Below, in pieces: positions 35,606 to 47,046 of a stretch of 64,000 bases of DNA (position 1 is the first letter of the stretch; each line of letters opens with the position of its first letter). The DNA lies in the IMG/VR virus record IMGVR_UViG_3300032135_000003, positions 32,001-96,000 of that record. One strand, given 5' to 3'. The translations under genes were made by a program, and so were the position numbers. The stretch comes from a virus. Its lineage: Duplodnaviria; Caudoviricetes. Under the pieces are notes generated by a model, which did no database searches, was not told the origin of the DNA, and saw only the letters and a program-made list of their open reading frames with translations.

Positions 35606-36474
35606 TGGAATTATCAGAGTTTATTGCAGAGATTAAAACCAGCATGAAGTCTTATGATGCTGCAAACCTTATAGATGAGATATCTATCCAAAATTGGGTA
35701 ATAGACGAATTAAAGAGATTTGGTGCAAATATCATGGATTTACAAGATTTTGTACTTCATATTAAAAACGGACAAGCAAGACTGCCAGATAATTACTGGC
35801 ATTTAAGAATAGCTGCAAGGGTATATGCAGATAGATATAAAAATTTAGATGGTAATGATGAGGATGTAAGATATTCAAGGGCTTTATATGATACAGTTGA
35901 AAGAGGAGCTACATGGACACCAGAGGGAGTGTGTAAAGAAATAACAGAAAAAACCGTTACAGAGAGAATCTACATCAATAAGGATAGGGTGGAATTACAT
36001 TATAGTAACCCAATTTTGTTACAAGTATCTAAAGGAGTTATTCAAAAGAAAGGCGATTTTAATTGTATAAACCTTAGTAACTCAATGGCTGTTAAAAGCC
36101 CTTTTACAGTAGTTATTAATAACAGGACAATACAGGCTAATTTCTCTGAGGGAGTAATTTACTTACAGTATTATGGATTACTTGCAGATGATGATGGAAA
36201 CATTATTATACCTGAGACTCAACACAACAGGCTTAAAACATATTTAGAATACTATGTAAAGTATAAAATACTAGAAGATTTAATGCTGAATGGAGATGAC
36301 AGGAATGTAGGAAGTCTAATGCAGTTGTTTGACCAAAAAGCAAAACTACATTTTGAAAATGCTATGACAGAAGCAAAATGGGAGTCCCTTAATTGGAAAG
36401 AAACCAGCAGAAAGTTAAAGAACCAGAGTAAAAGAAAAATGCGAGTTTTTGAAAATATGTTCCCAAGTATATAA
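35605..36474 (+). CDS. Tail tubular/ring protein (P22 gp4-like position)
   Basis: GQARLPDNY...IQANFSEGVIYLQYYG...DDGNIIIP, directly before the muzzle gene. Confidence 0.7.
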   Translation: MELSEFIAEIKTSMKSYDAANLIDEISIQNWVIDELKRFGANIMDLQDFVLHIKNGQARLPDNYWHLRIAARVYADRYKNLDGNDEDVRYSRALYDTVERGATWTPEGVCKEITEKTVTERIYINKDRVELHYSNPILLQVSKGVIQKKGDFNCINLSNSMAVKSPFTVVINNRTIQANFSEGVIYLQYYGLLADDDGNIIIPETQHNRLKTYLEYYVKYKILEDLMLNGDDRNVGSLMQLFDQKAKLHFENAMTEAKWESLNWKETSRKLKNQSKRKMRVFENMFPSI

Positions 36475-36477
36475 TAT

Positions 36478-39400
36478 ATGAAAGATAACAGGACACTATC
36501 TTTAGGGAAACAAATGAACAGAGACTCATCTCCTTTTAATTTAAAGGAGACAGAGTATTCATTTGCACTTAACACAATGTTTGAGAGTGAGTCAGGAGAC
36601 TCTTATAACCCCAAGAATGAGTATAGTAATATACTTGCTGTAAAGTTCTCTGAGGGTTTCAAGGTTGTAGGGCATAAAAATGATATTAATGAAGACAGAA
36701 CCTTTTTCTTTTTAGCCAATCCTCTTACAAATGTTTCTGAAATTGGGTATATTAAAAACTCTACTAGGAATGTAGTAGTAGACGATTCTATACCTTTAGA
36801 GGAACAAACACAAGAACCTTATTCCCAATTTGTAATTTTATTAAATGACAGTTTATCAAAATGTTTAAACCTTGACGTAGACTTTCCAGTTAAGAAAATA
36901 GAGATAAAAAAAGAAAAACTTGGAACTACTTTATACTGGGCAGATAATAAAAACCCTGACAGGTCTTTTGTAGTAGAAAAAGTAAAAGGTTATATAAACA
37001 CTGGTATTGTTAACTGTGACAAACTAAGAATAGATAAAAAACACATTTTACCTACTATTACCCCTGTATCTATTGAGGCAGGAGGACAGTTAGAAAAAGG
37101 GGTATATGAATTCCTTATTACCTACTGTGATAAATTAGGTAATGAGATTGCTGAGTATGTATCTATCACAAATCCTGTTCATATTTTTAATAATAATGAC
37201 AGGGTTATTGCAACTACAGAACTTAATGACAAAACAAATCAAGCAATTAAATTATTAATTGAAGGTTTAGACACTCAGTACAAGTATTACAAAGTTGCAA
37301 TCATTCAGAAGCTCTCAGACAACACTTCTTACTTTTCTGAGGGGATACACCCAATTAACGACAAAGAAATCATAATATCCTCTGTACAGGATAAAAAACG
37401 CATAGATTTAAACAAGATACTTGCATCAAAAACCACGTATGTAAAATCAGAGGGGGTTACTTCTTCTAATGGGTATTTATTTAGATATGGGTTAACGGCA
37501 GAAAAAGAATGGAACCTTCAGCCCATAACAAATCTACTTGGGGCTTTTGTAAGATGGCAAACAGTTGAGGCAAAAGAAGATTTATATGAAAGAGGTGAAG
37601 CCAGCTCTTTATTTAAAGGATATTACAGGGATGAAGTATATCCATTATCCTGGAGAATAAAGACGAATACTGGTTATGTATCAGCCAACTTTCCCTTTAT
37701 ATCAAGACCAGCAACAGAGTTTATAGGTGAAGATCAAAAAGTAGTTAATGAAAACGCTGTTATAGAAAACCTTGACACTAAATCTGTAAATACCTTAAAC
37801 CCTAATTGTTCTCAGGAAGAACGAAATAAATACTGGCAATTTTATAACACAGCACACGATGTAGAAAGGTGTACTGATTTCCAAGGAAATACTACTATAG
37901 TAACCCAACCCGTAAATAAGTTTTGTATTAGTGAAAATTTTAGTTCTTTAGAAGATGTATCTATTTATTTAGATATTTCTGAGGTTCCAAATTTTACTAC
38001 TTTTACAGCGTACTTGGAAGAATTTGGGAATAATCTTACTGCAAATTTGCCCAATGATTATAATGAGGAAATATATAATAATGCAGAATTACAAAGCATA
38101 CTCACAGATGAAAGAAAAGATGAAAATTGTAGTATTAATTATAGGGATAATTGCATTGACCCAACCCTTATACAAAGTAATATATTTTTAGGAGATATAG
38201 AGAATGAAAAAATAAATCCTTCAGCCAAAGATAAAAAAGATTATGAACTTTCCAAAGTTGTTCAGTTTTCCTATATTCACGATGTAAACACAGAAGGAAG
38301 AGGAAAAGTGGACGAGGAGTTTAAAGCAGAATTCTCAACTAACGAACCCTACCCTTTTTCAAGAGCATCAACAACTAACGCAGAAAGATGTGTATCTTCA
38401 ATCAACTCTGCACAGGTAAGCGAAGCTAATGAGAATAGCAGTGGACTTGTAATGCAATATTACGCTGATTTACAACAATCAAATCTACAAGAGTCCACAG
38501 TCTCAGAAATTGTAGGAGCAGGTTTTACAAATAAAATACATAAAGGAGCTATTTGGATCAAAAGTTCTATAAAAGATACAGGGAAAGCTATCATTGAAGT
38601 AACTAAATGGAAAAAGGCAAACTTTAACGATTTATTCAGTAGCGCAAAAGGAGATTTTTTTAACACAATAGGGAACCACAATGTAAGGGTTTCCGTTTAC
38701 AAAGGAAGATGTACTAACTTAGAATTTGTAAAAGCTTTTATAGTAGATGTTAGGGAAGGAGCTTTACTTACAGGAGAGGGAGAACCTATATTAGAGTCTG
38801 AGGTAGGAAGCGAAGATTTTTATATAGTCATAGACCCCCCAATAGTTCAAACTCCTGCTGTTAAGGGCTATGTAACAGCAGTTATAAACGGTGTATTTGG
38901 ACTAGAGGTTCGGGCAGAAGAGTATAAATCTGCAACTATACATTTTGATAAGATAAGTGTAAGCAAACAACAAAAATATGAATTAAGTTGTGACTTTGAA
39001 GTACCTATTTTTGACGAGTGTGAGCCACAACCTTATAAAAGTGGTAAATTTTCTTACTGGGAGTCAATAGAAAAATACCCAGATAATAAAGAATTATTTG
39101 ACAGCAGTACCTTAGAAATAGATACTATTGATATAGATGACAGTATAAAAGTAGAGTTTGAGAAGTTTTTTGTAGCTAGTAAAATAAACAATAAGTATCT
39201 ATTAAAGCAGGACACAAACTTTGCGAATAAACCTATAAGGCATTTTAAGTTTCCAGATTTTAATGTGGCTCCATTTATGTCCACAAACTTAATAGTACCT
39301 TTTAGCCAATCTTATATATACCCATTAGGTGTAACCATATCTAAAAAAGCGGTAAATTCTTTCTTGGATATAGCGGTCAAAAATAAATTAATATCTCAAG

Positions 39401-42400
39401 AACAAAGAGACTCTATTACCAGTTTTGAAATGTTCAGGGGTGACAGGAGAGTTAATAAGAGTATATTAGGAAAAGGTATTGCCTATGATATGTATGATTA
39501 TGAGGAGAAAGTAACAGGAGATAAAGTACTTTTTTCAAACTTTCCATTTAATGATTTAGGGGACAACAAACTATCTTACGCAGATGAGAAAAGAACATCT
39601 TTTATAAAACACCCTTATAAAGGAAACAGGAACAACAAATTTACATTTCATTCCCCAGAGTATGACTACTATGATTTAAACATAGGGGCAGAAACTAAAA
39701 TAGAAGCCTTCCAATATGGAACTTCAAGAGGTAATTTTGTAGATGTTGAAGATCACCCAACTTGGGTAATATTAGGAGAACGAGCGTATAAAAAGGCTAA
39801 GGATTTAGCAATTTTAGAGTTTGCGTTAGAAACTGCAATACGTTTAGCCGAAAACTTAATACAAGCTTCTCAAAACTATTGGTTTATTGGAGGATTAGGT
39901 TCAACAGGAGGTAATCCTTGGGGAGCTATAGGGGCTACAGGGTTTGCCCTTGGGCTCTCAGGCTTTGAAGCATTGGTAAATGTAGTCCCTGTTGTAGGAA
40001 GATACAGGTATGAATGGTTAAAAATATTCAGAGATTTAGGACAACCAGAAAACTTTGCAACTCAGTATGTAGCAGAGGGATTTTATAACTATGCAGAACC
40101 TAACTATTGGTATGAAGGTGGAAGTAAAAGCTCCTTAGGAAACAGTCTTAGAGCAATTTCAACTGGAAAAGAATTAAAAGAAGGACGTTACACTTTTACG
40201 GAAAAAACAGGAGAACAACTTAAAGTTAACAACTTAGACAGGGAAAAAAGCTTACTCCTAACCTTTGGAAATGACTATTTATTAGAGTACCCCGCAGGGT
40301 ATAAAACCTATGACAATGGAAATGAAGATTCTTATGGAAGCAGTAGGTCTATACAATCGGACAGTGGTGTTTGCATGGCTGGGAAAAGCCCTGAGATAAA
40401 GAAAAACATTGCTTCTCCATATATGAGCTTAAAGAACTACGTACCATTTCAATATGGCTCTATCAGCTCTATTAAGTGGTTACAGGCTTCTAAAAGTGTT
40501 AATCTTGATGGGGACAATACTTGTTACAGTATTTTTGGAGGAGATATATTTATTTCAAGGTACACTTTAAAAAGGAAAGTACCTTTATTTACAGATACAG
40601 CCTTTGGACTTGCACCATTAACACCATATAACTATTATAGAAACAGTAATTTAGGATATACAAGATTTTACTGTAATTACGAGTTAGGAAATGAAAAAAC
40701 TCTTGGAGATATCTTATTTCCTGATTTTGAAAGTGAGTATGTTTTTGATTGTCAAACTGCATCTTCTGGGTCTTATGTGAAGCCGCCATCAAAAATGTAC
40801 TTGAATTATTACGGGATTCCTAATTTCCTTGTAGAATCAGAACTTAATTTAAATTTAAGGTATGGTAAGAAAGAACCAAGAAATAATTTTTATCCAGAAG
40901 TGGGAGACTTTGTTGACTGGACACAAGAAACTAATGTACCCATAAGAGAACCAAACAGACTCTATTACAATAATGTTTATTCTTCTACTGTATCAGAGGT
41001 TTCTTACAGGACTTTACCTGATTACTACTCTAAAGAAGAGTTTGACATCTTATATGACTCACCTAATGGAGTGATATATTCCATGCAGGACACTTCTGAG
41101 AATGATTTAACTGATCCTTGGGCAATATTTAGACCGTTAGATTATTACCAATTTCCATCTTCTTATGGAAAACTTTTGGACTTGAAAGGAATAGAGAGCG
41201 CACAGGTACTTGGAAGATTTGAAAACACTTCTGTTATCTTTAATGCTGTTAACCAATATAAAGATGCTCAGGACGCAGCTACAAGGGAGCTTGGAACAGG
41301 TGGTATATTTGCAGCCAGACCTATGGAGTTTAGTAATACCGAACTTGGGTATGGGGGAACAGGCACTTATCAAATTGTGAGTAATGAGTATGGGCATTTT
41401 TATCCCGATACAGACAGGGGACAGGTATTTCAAGCAGGAGCAAAAAGCCTGCAAGAGATATCTTCGATAGTTGGAGGTAAGGCAGTTGGAATGAAAGCTT
41501 GGTTTAAAGAGCATTTGCCTTTTAAAATTAAAAATTCTTTAGTTGAGAACTATGAATTTATAGATACAGATAATGCCTTGAATGGTATTGGTATAACAAT
41601 GGGGTGGGACGCTAAATTTGATAGGGTTTTACTTACTAAAATTGATTACATACCTTTACAGGAAATGTACTACTGTGGAAGTAAGTTCTTAGACTTTAGC
41701 TGCAACTCAATATCTTATTGTGAATACGTTAATAAAGAATTAACTATTCAAAATTATTTAGATCAAGGGTATAGGTATTTAGAACAAGACTGCCAATTAA
41801 TATTCCAAAAAGTAACAGAGAGTTGTACATACAGTTTTAATTTTTGCACATTCCCTGATAAAGAAACAAAAGAACAAGTATTAATAAGTACAGGATTTAA
41901 TTTTAGTAAACAAGTAGATTGTGTTTTAGAATATGAAAAAGTTGAGGAGATTTGTGATGAAAATTCAAAACAATCTGAGATACAAGCACTTTTAACCGCA
42001 GGGTATGTAGAAAGTAGTAGGGTTGAATGCGAAATAACTTACTCAAAAAGCACTGATACTTGTACTTTTGTAAATCAACAAACGCAAATAAATGCTTTGT
42101 TAGCAGATGGATACACTTATAAAGAGGACACAGACTGTAGAAAAGTCTTTGAAAAAGCAGATGTAATACCTGCACCACCAAGTAATATAGCCAATGACGA
42201 CTTTGTAGAGGTAGCTCAGGGGCAATTAGTTTCTTTCAACGTTATTACAAATGACGTAAGTGGAACAAGTCAAGCTCTTTCCATACATTCATTTACACAG
42301 CCTCTTTATGGAACACTAACTAAAGTAAATAGCACTACTTTCAGATATACCCATAATGGGACAGATAATTTTGCAGACACTTTTAACTATACAGCCACAA

Positions 42401-43497
42401 ATGACAATGGAGAAACAAACATAGCAACTGTATCTATCTCAATAAGTTTTGAACTGGCTTGGAGACCAACACAACCTTATTGTTTAGCTTATGAGCCTCC
42501 TTATTATCAACTTACCGCCCATTTTGAGGGTATTAGAAGCGATAAACCTAATGATAGGTATGCAGTAAGCACAGTTTCAGGATATACACCACCAGACGGT
42601 ATTTTACTACAGAGAACTAAGGAAGATGATACAGTAAGAGAAACTAATATTGATAATAACACTAAGTTAACACCTTCTTTTCAAAACAATGATAAGGCAT
42701 GGTCTACTATCCCTTTAGATAAATTAAGATCTTTAAAAGCGAGGTTCCACATGATAAAAGGACTTTTATTTAATCCAAGTCAAAATACACCTAACTTAGA
42801 AGTCTTAGACCTACGTGGAAACAGGACGGAGTTATTAGACTTAGATATGACAAATTGTATTAAGTTAAAAGAGCTTGTTATTAGTGAGTGCTATATTGAT
42901 TCTATATCCTTACCGCCTACTGATATAAATGATACTAATAATTATTTTACTTGGGCTTATTTAGGGGATTACAATGTAGCTGATAGGAGACAAATGCCGC
43001 CTGTACAAGTAGTAGACTCAGTTACCGAGAGAGCATACTACTCTAAAGTAGCCACGGGACAAGTTTCTACTGGTAGTACTAAAAGGTTGGCTACGGATAC
43101 AGGAAATGGCACTTTAGTTATTAATGGAATCAATATGCACTATGATTTAGTGAACAGCAAAAATTGGAATGTAAACCATTTATCGGTAGAAGGGTTTTCT
43201 AAAAGTTTTGGCTCAAGTGCAGCAGGGAGCCTATCTTTAGATTTTATGACTTCACACCATAATTATAATATAGTGATTGAAAACGCCACTTGGCTAACTT
43301 GTACAAACCCTACTGGTAATTATTCGTTAGAAGTACAAACGCTTAACTTTACAGCGACTGATAACAATACAGGATCACCGAGAAGTACAGTAATTAAATT
43401 TAGAAAAATAAAAGAGTATCCAAGAACAACCAGTCAAATTAATGAAGATGGGGACGAGTACCATCATGCAGCTTGGATAACAATAACACAACCTTAA
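36478..43497 (+). CDS. Tail muzzle/stabilisation protein, N-terminal part with appended Ig-like, LRR and BACON-like domains
   Basis: MNRDSS...YSFALN, YWADNKNP, GYYRDEVY, IRHFKFP, FGGDIFISR. The C-terminus adds ANDDF...FNVITND (Ig-like), LEVLDLRGN (LRR) and WL...NNTGSPRS (BACON-like). Confidence 0.8.
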   Translation: MKDNRTLSLGKQMNRDSSPFNLKETEYSFALNTMFESESGDSYNPKNEYSNILAVKFSEGFKVVGHKNDINEDRTFFFLANPLTNVSEIGYIKNSTRNVVVDDSIPLEEQTQEPYSQFVILLNDSLSKCLNLDVDFPVKKIEIKKEKLGTTLYWADNKNPDRSFVVEKVKGYINTGIVNCDKLRIDKKHILPTITPVSIEAGGQLEKGVYEFLITYCDKLGNEIAEYVSITNPVHIFNNNDRVIATTELNDKTNQAIKLLIEGLDTQYKYYKVAIIQKLSDNTSYFSEGIHPINDKEIIISSVQDKKRIDLNKILASKTTYVKSEGVTSSNGYLFRYGLTAEKEWNLQPITNLLGAFVRWQTVEAKEDLYERGEASSLFKGYYRDEVYPLSWRIKTNTGYVSANFPFISRPATEFIGEDQKVVNENAVIENLDTKSVNTLNPNCSQEERNKYWQFYNTAHDVERCTDFQGNTTIVTQPVNKFCISENFSSLEDVSIYLDISEVPNFTTFTAYLEEFGNNLTANLPNDYNEEIYNNAELQSILTDERKDENCSINYRDNCIDPTLIQSNIFLGDIENEKINPSAKDKKDYELSKVVQFSYIHDVNTEGRGKVDEEFKAEFSTNEPYPFSRASTTNAERCVSSINSAQVSEANENSSGLVMQYYADLQQSNLQESTVSEIVGAGFTNKIHKGAIWIKSSIKDTGKAIIEVTKWKKANFNDLFSSAKGDFFNTIGNHNVRVSVYKGRCTNLEFVKAFIVDVREGALLTGEGEPILESEVGSEDFYIVIDPPIVQTPAVKGYVTAVINGVFGLEVRAEEYKSATIHFDKISVSKQQKYELSCDFEVPIFDECEPQPYKSGKFSYWESIEKYPDNKELFDSSTLEIDTIDIDDSIKVEFEKFFVASKINNKYLLKQDTNFANKPIRHFKFPDFNVAPFMSTNLIVPFSQSYIYPLGVTISKKAVNSFLDIAVKNKLISQEQRDSITSFEMFRGDRRVNKSILGKGIAYDMYDYEEKVTGDKVLFSNFPFNDLGDNKLSYADEKRTSFIKHPYKGNRNNKFTFHSPEYDYYDLNIGAETKIEAFQYGTSRGNFVDVEDHPTWVILGERAYKKAKDLAILEFALETAIRLAENLIQASQNYWFIGGLGSTGGNPWGAIGATGFALGLSGFEALVNVVPVVGRYRYEWLKIFRDLGQPENFATQYVAEGFYNYAEPNYWYEGGSKSSLGNSLRAISTGKELKEGRYTFTEKTGEQLKVNNLDREKSLLLTFGNDYLLEYPAGYKTYDNGNEDSYGSSRSIQSDSGVCMAGKSPEIKKNIASPYMSLKNYVPFQYGSISSIKWLQASKSVNLDGDNTCYSIFGGDIFISRYTLKRKVPLFTDTAFGLAPLTPYNYYRNSNLGYTRFYCNYELGNEKTLGDILFPDFESEYVFDCQTASSGSYVKPPSKMYLNYYGIPNFLVESELNLNLRYGKKEPRNNFYPEVGDFVDWTQETNVPIREPNRLYYNNVYSSTVSEVSYRTLPDYYSKEEFDILYDSPNGVIYSMQDTSENDLTDPWAIFRPLDYYQFPSSYGKLLDLKGIESAQVLGRFENTSVIFNAVNQYKDAQDAATRELGTGGIFAARPMEFSNTELGYGGTGTYQIVSNEYGHFYPDTDRGQVFQAGAKSLQEISSIVGGKAVGMKAWFKEHLPFKIKNSLVENYEFIDTDNALNGIGITMGWDAKFDRVLLTKIDYIPLQEMYYCGSKFLDFSCNSISYCEYVNKELTIQNYLDQGYRYLEQDCQLIFQKVTESCTYSFNFCTFPDKETKEQVLISTGFNFSKQVDCVLEYEKVEEICDENSKQSEIQALLTAGYVESSRVECEITYSKSTDTCTFVNQQTQINALLADGYTYKEDTDCRKVFEKADVIPAPPSNIANDDFVEVAQGQLVSFNVITNDVSGTSQALSIHSFTQPLYGTLTKVNSTTFRYTHNGTDNFADTFNYTATNDNGETNIATVSISISFELAWRPTQPYCLAYEPPYYQLTAHFEGIRSDKPNDRYAVSTVSGYTPPDGILLQRTKEDDTVRETNIDNNTKLTPSFQNNDKAWSTIPLDKLRSLKARFHMIKGLLFNPSQNTPNLEVLDLRGNRTELLDLDMTNCIKLKELVISECYIDSISLPPTDINDTNNYFTWAYLGDYNVADRRQMPPVQVVDSVTERAYYSKVATGQVSTGSTKRLATDTGNGTLVINGINMHYDLVNSKNWNVNHLSVEGFSKSFGSSAAGSLSLDFMTSHHNYNIVIENATWLTCTNPTGNYSLEVQTLNFTATDNNTGSPRSTVIKFRKIKEYPRTTSQINEDGDEYHHAAWITITQP

Positions 43498-43498
43498 C

Positions 43499-44590
43499 AT
43501 GACAAACACAGGATATAAAGCCTATACCACATTAGAACAATACAATGTTTACTCTGGAAACGCAACTGGGGTGACAAAACCTAACACTGTAGGTGATGCA
43601 GATTATGTAGCCCCAGTTTTGGATGAAGTATATTGCCCTATAGAAAGTACAATTAATTGGATTGCAGGGGGTTTTTATAATAGTAGTGAGGAGAACGTAT
43701 TAAAATCTACAGACGGTATAAACTGGGATTATAGTAGAATACCAACTTTGTTTGATATTTATGACATCTCTTTTGTCAATGGGGAGTGGTTTGCTGTTGG
43801 GGCTTCTCAGGATAATGTTGGAGGAGGTTTTAATAATAAAGTAATGAGGTCTTTTGACACGATTACTTGGGCTGAGGCAGTAATACCACAAATAAGTAGT
43901 GTGCAAAGTATAAATTATGCCAATGGCATTTATGTAGCCACAGGAAGAGCTGACTCTAGTGGATTAAACACAATTGCTACCTCTGTAGATGGAGTTAACT
44001 GGACAGGAAGAGGGATAGGAGGACTAGATATAAATTCAATGGGGGTTACTTTTGCAAATGGAATATGGGTTGCCTATGGAGAAAGTGATGCCCCAGACAG
44101 AGGGTCATTAGCATACTCTACAGATGCAATAAATTGGACACCAACGTTTAACTACTACTACGACAAAGGATTTACCTTTGGGTATGACGCTTTTTACAAT
44201 GGAAGTTACTGGATATCAACTGGACTTAAAGGAGGCAGTAATACAAATGTTGTTGGAAAATCTTCTGATGGAATAAACTGGACACCCTATAGCACAGGGG
44301 CTACAGTAGATAATACAGGTAGAAGATTAGGATATTTTAATAATTTATGGGTGTTAGGAGGAAAAGGAAGTTTTGAAATTGCAACTTCTACTAATGGGCA
44401 AAGTTGGACTGGAAGATTAAATCAAGACTTAATTGATATTAGAGATTTCGAGTATAATGACAACAAAATAATTTCAGTAGGGGGAAAATCAGAATCAGTT
44501 GGTAAAATATATTCAAGCACAAATGCAACAACTTGGACAGAGTTAGCCCAAACCAGATTAGGACTTTACACAATAGCTATTAGAAAATAA
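43499..44590 (+). CDS. Beta-propeller protein with BNR/Asp-box-like repeats
   Basis: Seven S-x-D/N-G-x-N-W-T type repeats (STDGINWD, SFDTITWA, SVDGVNWT, STDAINWT, SSDGINWT, STNGQSWT, STNATTWT). Confidence 0.8.
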   Translation: MTNTGYKAYTTLEQYNVYSGNATGVTKPNTVGDADYVAPVLDEVYCPIESTINWIAGGFYNSSEENVLKSTDGINWDYSRIPTLFDIYDISFVNGEWFAVGASQDNVGGGFNNKVMRSFDTITWAEAVIPQISSVQSINYANGIYVATGRADSSGLNTIATSVDGVNWTGRGIGGLDINSMGVTFANGIWVAYGESDAPDRGSLAYSTDAINWTPTFNYYYDKGFTFGYDAFYNGSYWISTGLKGGSNTNVVGKSSDGINWTPYSTGATVDNTGRRLGYFNNLWVLGGKGSFEIATSTNGQSWTGRLNQDLIDIRDFEYNDNKIISVGGKSESVGKIYSSTNATTWTELAQTRLGLYTIAIRK

Positions 44591-44594
44591 AAAT

Positions 44595-46979
44595 ATGGCA
44601 ATAGTTACAATAAATGCAGAGGTAGTTACTACCATTGAAACTGCAACCATCACTTTAGACAAGAAAACAACTACTGAGAAAGCCTATATAACAGGTATTT
44701 CGGTAGCCTCCCCTGTAGGAGTAGATGCCAAGAACGATATTATTGCTGAATATCAAGGAAGAAATTATACTTATGATGGAGAAATAGACTGCTCTTTATA
44801 CTTTTCAAAAGACAGTAATACTTGTGACTATGACGCTAAAGACCAAGAAATTCAAACTTTATTAAGTAACGGTTTTGAGATAGCATCTACGGTGGACTGT
44901 ACGCTTACTTTCACTAAGACAGGAGAAATAGACCAAATCTTAGTATTAGACCCGGTTGTTACTACTGTTTATGAAGTAATTGCAGGAGTTTCAGATTATG
45001 CAGAGGAGCCACAGGTAATTGTAAATGGAACAACAGTTGTAGCTACGGAAGGAAGTATGCTTACAGATGGTTACATTTATGAGGGAGTTATAGACTGTAG
45101 AAAAGTATGGAGTAAAGAAATATCATTGTGCGAATTTGACAATAAAGTAAAAACCATTGCAGAGTATGTAGGAAAAGGGTATGAATTAGTATTAGATGCA
45201 AATTGTGAATTAAGCTTTACAGGTACTTTTAGTAAGTGCGACTATTTAGAAAAAGAGCTTTTAATTAAAAATTATGAGGTTGATGGATATACTTTATTAG
45301 AAGAACAAAACTGTAAACTACACTTTCAAAAAAATATAGAAAGTATTACAAATCAAACAGACGTGTACGCCTTTTTTGATACAACCTCTATGAGGTTTCA
45401 AGATGGAATAGATGCAGCAGCAACTTTACAGATTTGGTTTTCTAAATATCAACAAGATAATCCAGACTATGAGGGTAATTTATACATAATCCCTATTTAC
45501 TATGAAAGGTATGTAGACTATTTAGATATAATTAAAAAAGGAACTGGGGTAGGTAAAGTTATTCCAAGCAGACCTACTGTAGGTAATGCTGCGTTTAATG
45601 TTTATGGTAACGCTGATTGGATAAAAGAAGTAGGGGTATACCCACCTAACTTTGATTATATTACAACTCAAAGTACTAACACAAGTTGGACACCACCTAC
45701 GGATGTTTTAATGTTAGCTTTTATGGACGAAGCAAACCCAGACTATCATAAAAATAAATCAAATAGTTTAGAGAACCCTACCGCAGCTTATAATGAGGAT
45801 TTAATAAGATTTAAAACTATTTTGGGGGAATTTAACTTCTTTAAGGCAGTCCTTTATCCTATTGTACAGCAACTAGAAGGTAATGGAGGAGCCCTTATCC
45901 TACAGTCTATGGCTGCAATAAAAGGGAAAGTACTAACTCAAAGTGAGATAGATAGTACAGACACTCTCGTAGACGTAAACCCCTTACTTACGAGTAACCC
46001 TTATACAGACGGGTTAAATAAATATGGGTGGATAGGTGTATATGACAAAACTTCCCCAGCCGCAAATGTTTTTAACTCAACAGGTTTTGGGGAAGAGTTA
46101 AACAAGATAATCCTCTCAGGGGTAGAAACAGACTCTCAGAAGGAGGATATTTATATTGATGGCACTTTCACTGAATATACTGATGATGTGGTTGTAAAAG
46201 GCGTAAATAAGGTTAAGAAAGAATATGTATATTTAGAGGGCTGTGAAATACCCCTTGAAGAAGGAGATTATTTTAAAGATGCCTCATTTACTGTAGGATA
46301 CTCACCTATTACAGGGTCTTGGATATCGTACTATTCTTTTATTCCTAATTATTACATAAACCAAACTGACCATTTTAAGACAGGAAAAAACAGTGAGGGA
46401 ACACTTTGGTCACATTTACTCACAAACAAAAGTTTCCAAGTATTCTACGGGAAAAAAGAACCATGGATTATTGACCTTCCAGTAAAAGAACAGTATGTAA
46501 ATAAGACTTTAAAAGATATTTCCTATTATTTAGATGCTAAAAAGAATTCAGGACAGTATGATTATTCTGAATTGAGAAATGAAGGGTTTAATAAAGCTTG
46601 GGTCTACAACAACAGGACAAATTCTGGGGAACTAAACCTAATACCTAGTACAGGACTGCTATCTTTATTATCACAGTATCCAAATATGCTTAGCCCAACA
46701 CAACAGGAAATATTATATTCTGATACAAGAGGAAAACACAGGTTCAACTATTTCTTTGACCGTGTTAAAAATGATATGTCTAACGAGCCAATATGGAAGT
46801 GGGATTTAAATCAAATTCACAAAGAGTTAAACCCAGACGCATTGAGTTTTACAAGTAAGCCCACTTTAGAGTATATAAGAGGAGACTGGTTCTCAATTAG
46901 GTTACAACAAGATATTAGAACTGACCTTAGATATGAGTTCAAGTGGTTAGAATCCGCAGAAACCATAATCAACCCGTAA
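44595..46979 (+). CDS. Tail muzzle protein, C-terminal part with a vWA-like insert
   Basis: Ends with FTVGYSP....WISYYSFIPNYY...FNKAWVYNN..NSG.L.L...IRGDWF, the usual muzzle C-terminus. VYAFFDTTSM is a vWA-like strand. Confidence 0.7.
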   Translation: MAIVTINAEVVTTIETATITLDKKTTTEKAYITGISVASPVGVDAKNDIIAEYQGRNYTYDGEIDCSLYFSKDSNTCDYDAKDQEIQTLLSNGFEIASTVDCTLTFTKTGEIDQILVLDPVVTTVYEVIAGVSDYAEEPQVIVNGTTVVATEGSMLTDGYIYEGVIDCRKVWSKEISLCEFDNKVKTIAEYVGKGYELVLDANCELSFTGTFSKCDYLEKELLIKNYEVDGYTLLEEQNCKLHFQKNIESITNQTDVYAFFDTTSMRFQDGIDAAATLQIWFSKYQQDNPDYEGNLYIIPIYYERYVDYLDIIKKGTGVGKVIPSRPTVGNAAFNVYGNADWIKEVGVYPPNFDYITTQSTNTSWTPPTDVLMLAFMDEANPDYHKNKSNSLENPTAAYNEDLIRFKTILGEFNFFKAVLYPIVQQLEGNGGALILQSMAAIKGKVLTQSEIDSTDTLVDVNPLLTSNPYTDGLNKYGWIGVYDKTSPAANVFNSTGFGEELNKIILSGVETDSQKEDIYIDGTFTEYTDDVVVKGVNKVKKEYVYLEGCEIPLEEGDYFKDASFTVGYSPITGSWISYYSFIPNYYINQTDHFKTGKNSEGTLWSHLLTNKSFQVFYGKKEPWIIDLPVKEQYVNKTLKDISYYLDAKKNSGQYDYSELRNEGFNKAWVYNNRTNSGELNLIPSTGLLSLLSQYPNMLSPTQQEILYSDTRGKHRFNYFFDRVKNDMSNEPIWKWDLNQIHKELNPDALSFTSKPTLEYIRGDWFSIRLQQDIRTDLRYEFKWLESAETIINP

Positions 46980-47046
46980 CTAATGTATTTGTCAATAGAC
47001 AGGTAATATTGTATATTCGTAGAAATTTTGAGTAATAAATTTTTCA

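Noticed and set aside
36478-46979. Stop-codon reassignment, as in some crAss-like phages, as the cause of the split muzzle
   Set aside because: The three ORFs are in different frames, long genes are intact in the standard code, and no suppressor tRNA is present.
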